In this document: positions 61,049-64,000 of the stretch, one piece after another | How positions within the stretch are numbered: the stretch's first letter is position 1 | Layout: each line of letters begins with the position of its first letter | Origin: a candidate division FCPU426 bacterium | GTDB taxonomy: Bacteria > Oederibacteriota > Muellerivitia > Muellerivitales > Muellerivitaceae | Assembly (NCBI GenBank): GCA_963796105.1 | Contig: CAWCKJ010000004.1 | Span: forward strand, 224,001 to 288,000 | Direction: 5' to 3' | Length of the DNA: 64,000 nt | Notes under the pieces: generated by a model | Seen by the model: only the letters and a program-made list of their open reading frames with translations | Told to the model about the DNA's origin: nothing | Database searches by the model: none | Translations under genes and position numbers: made by a program

Positions 61049-62971
61049 TCAGCTTCCTTTCAACACCCAAAACTCATGCCCCGCGACCGTCTTGAAAAAA
61101 CGGTAATGCCCCCGGATGAAATCTGAAATAACGGGGAATTTCTCGTCATTGGGGATGCCGTCAACGCGGTAGGACCAGTCCTCATCTTTGAAAAGCACCC
61201 ATTTCACTTTCTTTGCATCCAGGTCCCGGACAATCTCCTTTTGGAAAGGCCTGGGTGCCGCCACCCAGACATAAGGAAATCGGGTCGGGCAGGGCAGGCC
61301 GAGGTAGTAATACCAGATGGCCTCGGAAGTGAGGGTGAAAAACAAGTCACCCTTTTTCATGTTCCCCTGGAGGAATCCCAAAGCCTCCGCGTCATCCGGC
61401 GGGACATAGGCGCTGTCAGGCACCCGGATGGGGAAATTCTTTTCAAGAATATCAGCCCGGTAACCCCGCGCCAGGCACAATAGCCCAACCAAGACCGTCC
61501 AAAGCGCAAAACCATTCTTGAGGGCCGGAAGGAATGGTGTGTCCCAAAATTTCCACCCTTGCGTGGCCTTGATAACCGAATAGAGGGTCAGGATGAGAAG
61601 CGGACCCATGCCGTAAAAGAGGTGCTCCTCGTCCGACCGGGCAAGAACATTCCCGAAGAAAAGTACCGACATGAAAGCTAAAACCAACTCAACCAGATGG
61701 CCGCGCGCGTAATCTTTGAGCCATTTCTTATTCCCTTCCCCGCGGCTTTTGAGACCGCCCAGGGCCAGCCGGAACAGGTGCGCTGAAAGCAAGAGGCAGG
61801 CGGCCAGGAATTTAAACTCCCCCAGCGGGAACGGAATTTTTTCTGAAAGCTCCTTGTAGGCCGGCAGGGTCAAGAAAGTGAATTTGAAAAACCCGGCCCA
61901 ATTCCCATCCAGCAACCACCCAAGCGTATAAAGTCCGCATGCCAGCCCGAGTCCCGTCCAGAGGACGAATTCCCCCTGCATCAAACCCCTCCCTTGATAG
62001 AGAGAGTGAAGGGCGAGGAAAACCACGGCGCAAGCCAGAGTCAGGTAGAGACCCCGGTCCAGGGAATAACCCAAGGCTAAAACAGGAATGAACGTAAACA
62101 GGAAAAGGCGCCCCCTGAAAACCCACCTGTTTTCCTCCTCCTCGCCCGCCAGGAATGCCCGGACTCCCAGAAAAATCCAAAGAAACGAATAGGTTAAAAC
62201 ATCCCTGGCTGGAAGAATGAGGAACTGGAATTTTTCCCAGAGGGAACGGTGCCTCAGGAAGGCTTCGGCCACGTCGTCGGGGTTGAGGGACGAAAGGAAT
62301 GTCGAGTGAACAACATTGAACAGGAAACTGACGTGGACAACCGCCAGGACCAACAAGATGCCCAATGCCGCCCTAACGCTCCTGAATAGCCCCCGGAGAA
62401 AAAGGGCCAAGAATACCCAAGCCAGCACCTTCATCATGGACTCAAAGGCTCTCGGCGCCCCGATAGACCTGCCGAACCAGTCAAAGGTCCAGACCGACCT
62501 CAAGGGATCCTGGATGAGCCCGTGGAAAAACAAGTAATCGCGGTATGGTTCCCCCCCCTTAAGATGGGAAATGGCGCTTCCCAGCGATTCCCCCTCGTGG
62601 TAGCGGTCCAACCGCCCAAAGGAGTGGTAGGTGGGAACGTTCAGGGCGATAAGAACGGCAAGAAGGAGAAGAAGAAAAAAAACCGTCCGAGAGCCTGAAG
62701 AAGTCTTTTCAGACAAAACCTCCCTATCTGTCCCGGTCTTGCCCGGTATATACCTGTAGAAAAGAAACAATAAAATCGAAGGCGCGAGGATGAAAAGGAG
62801 GAACCTCAGAAGATCATTCTGGGGGTTGAAGCCGATCCTGGCGCAGTAGCCGACCACTTCCAGGGGATTATGAAAAGGGAGACGGATAGAGTCCCAAAGA
62901 GCGGAAACTAAAAGGACCCCGGCCAGAAACAAAACCAAATAAGAGATTGTCCTAGTGTTATTTCGGAACAT
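61049..62971 (-). CDS. Polytopic membrane protein (possible GT-C glycosyltransferase-like)
   Basis: More than 10 hydrophobic segments, loop DRYHEG...PYRDYLFFHG, soluble C-terminal domain. Confidence 0.6.
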   Translation of the reverse strand: MFRNNTRTISYLVLFLAGVLLVSALWDSIRLPFHNPLEVVGYCARIGFNPQNDLLRFLLFILAPSILLFLFYRYIPGKTGTDREVLSEKTSSGSRTVFFLLLLLAVLIALNVPTYHSFGRLDRYHEGESLGSAISHLKGGEPYRDYLFFHGLIQDPLRSVWTFDWFGRSIGAPRAFESMMKVLAWVFLALFLRGLFRSVRAALGILLVLAVVHVSFLFNVVHSTFLSSLNPDDVAEAFLRHRSLWEKFQFLILPARDVLTYSFLWIFLGVRAFLAGEEEENRWVFRGRLFLFTFIPVLALGYSLDRGLYLTLACAVVFLALHSLYQGRGLMQGEFVLWTGLGLACGLYTLGWLLDGNWAGFFKFTFLTLPAYKELSEKIPFPLGEFKFLAACLLLSAHLFRLALGGLKSRGEGNKKWLKDYARGHLVELVLAFMSVLFFGNVLARSDEEHLFYGMGPLLILTLYSVIKATQGWKFWDTPFLPALKNGFALWTVLVGLLCLARGYRADILEKNFPIRVPDSAYVPPDDAEALGFLQGNMKKGDLFFTLTSEAIWYYYLGLPCPTRFPYVWVAAPRPFQKEIVRDLDAKKVKWVLFKDEDWSYRVDGIPNDEKFPVISDFIRGHYRFFKTVAGHEFWVLKGS

Positions 62972-63175
62972 AATGCGATTTTAACAATTGGATTAGGGTT
63001 CTAATACGCAAATATAAATAACACGGACTTTGAGGCTGGATCAGTATAATTTTACTAGTCTGTGTCGAACATTTTCCTTCTCAAAGACCGGTCAAAATTG
63101 TCCAAAAAAAAGAAAAAAATAGAGGCCACCCCCCCCGGTATGGGAAATCTACCTGCCGCAGAATCTCAAGTCCCA

Positions 63176-64000
63176 ATGAAGCTAGCGCAGCCTGTTTCCG
63201 CCGGGATGAACCGTTGGGCCTTCTGGGCCTGTGTTCTTTTCCTTCTTCTAGCGGTGGTTTTGTTTTACCTGCCCCTCTTGAAAAACGGTTTTACCAACTG
63301 GGATGACCGGGATACCATCACGGAGAATCCCTTCATCCGCTCACTTGATTTCAAAAGCTTCCATTGGATGTTCACGACGAATGCCCCTGGTTATTGGATA
63401 CCCCTCTACTGGCTGTCCCTCGCCTTAAGTTACCAAATCGGCGCTCTCAACCCCTTGGTTTTCCACCTCACGGACCTTTTCCTACACCTCCTGAATACCC
63501 TTTTGGTTTTCCTGGTCTGCTTGAGGCTTTTGGAATTGGCCGTGGCGGCCCGCGAGGCCAGCGCCTCAAGGATTTTCATCCTTCCAACGACCTTGATGAC
63601 AGCCCTCTTGTTCGGCCTCCATCCCATCCACGTGGAGTCCGTGGCCTGGGCCACGGAGCGCAAAGACCTTCTCTACGCTTTATTTTACCTTTTGGGGATT
63701 TTTCTCTACCTGGATTACGCCTCCACAGCCGTAAGAAATACCTGGAAGTGGTACGCTTGCCTGGGGCTCTACCTGCTGGCCATGATGTCCAAGCCCATGG
63801 CCGTAACCCTTCCCCTTGTATTTCTCATCCTGGACTTTTGGCCCCTGAGGCGCTGGGGCGGGCAATTCTCCAAAACCCTCAGCGAGAAAATTCCCTTCTT
63901 CCTTCTAGGGGCTCTCATCAGCCTGGTCACCCAAGTGGAGATGACCCAGATCAAGGCCATCAAGGTGAACCTGCCACTTTTCTTAAGGGTCTTGAACGCC
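63176..64000 (+). CDS. TMTC-like GT-C membrane protein (protein O-mannosyltransferase-like), partial
   Basis: Manual translation: ...NGFTNWDD...ITENP...YWIPL...FHLTDLFLHLLN...LFGLHPIHVESVAWATERKDLL...SKPMAVTLP...EKIPF. Open to the window end. Not in the ORF track. Confidence 0.8.
   Translation, partial: MKLAQPVSAGMNRWAFWACVLFLLLAVVLFYLPLLKNGFTNWDDRDTITENPFIRSLDFKSFHWMFTTNAPGYWIPLYWLSLALSYQIGALNPLVFHLTDLFLHLLNTLLVFLVCLRLLELAVAAREASASRIFILPTTLMTALLFGLHPIHVESVAWATERKDLLYALFYLLGIFLYLDYASTAVRNTWKWYACLGLYLLAMMSKPMAVTLPLVFLILDFWPLRRWGGQFSKTLSEKIPFFLLGALISLVTQVEMTQIKAIKVNLPLFLRVLNA

Overview
Bacterial chromosomal segment, mostly GC-rich. It has four parts. (1) A dispersed glycan-utilisation repertoire: GH36 (partial), GH2, GH31, GH26-like, GH9, GH29, a SASA esterase, galK plus a nucleotidyltransferase, and three sugar-binding proteins with no permease in the window. 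(2) Thr/Pro-rich modular surface proteins: three paralogous lipoproteins sharing a promoter motif and shuffled domains, and three proteins with related C-terminal Ig/sorting-like domains, one of them a double-frameshift pseudogene. (3) A mobile zone at 28.3-44.2 kb. It contains an ~8.2 kb AT-rich element (28317-36501) bounded by a 9-bp core GGCTCCCCG. Its large serine recombinase gene is split by its own att site, and extra att-arm copies bracket the cargo. Next come a 52-bp GGAAC-rich tandem array interrupted by an IS21 element, an IS1595 element and TA loci. (4) Small REP-like intergenic repeats, two of which carry a nested ~80-bp two-hairpin element. All calls come from reading motifs by eye; no database searches were run.
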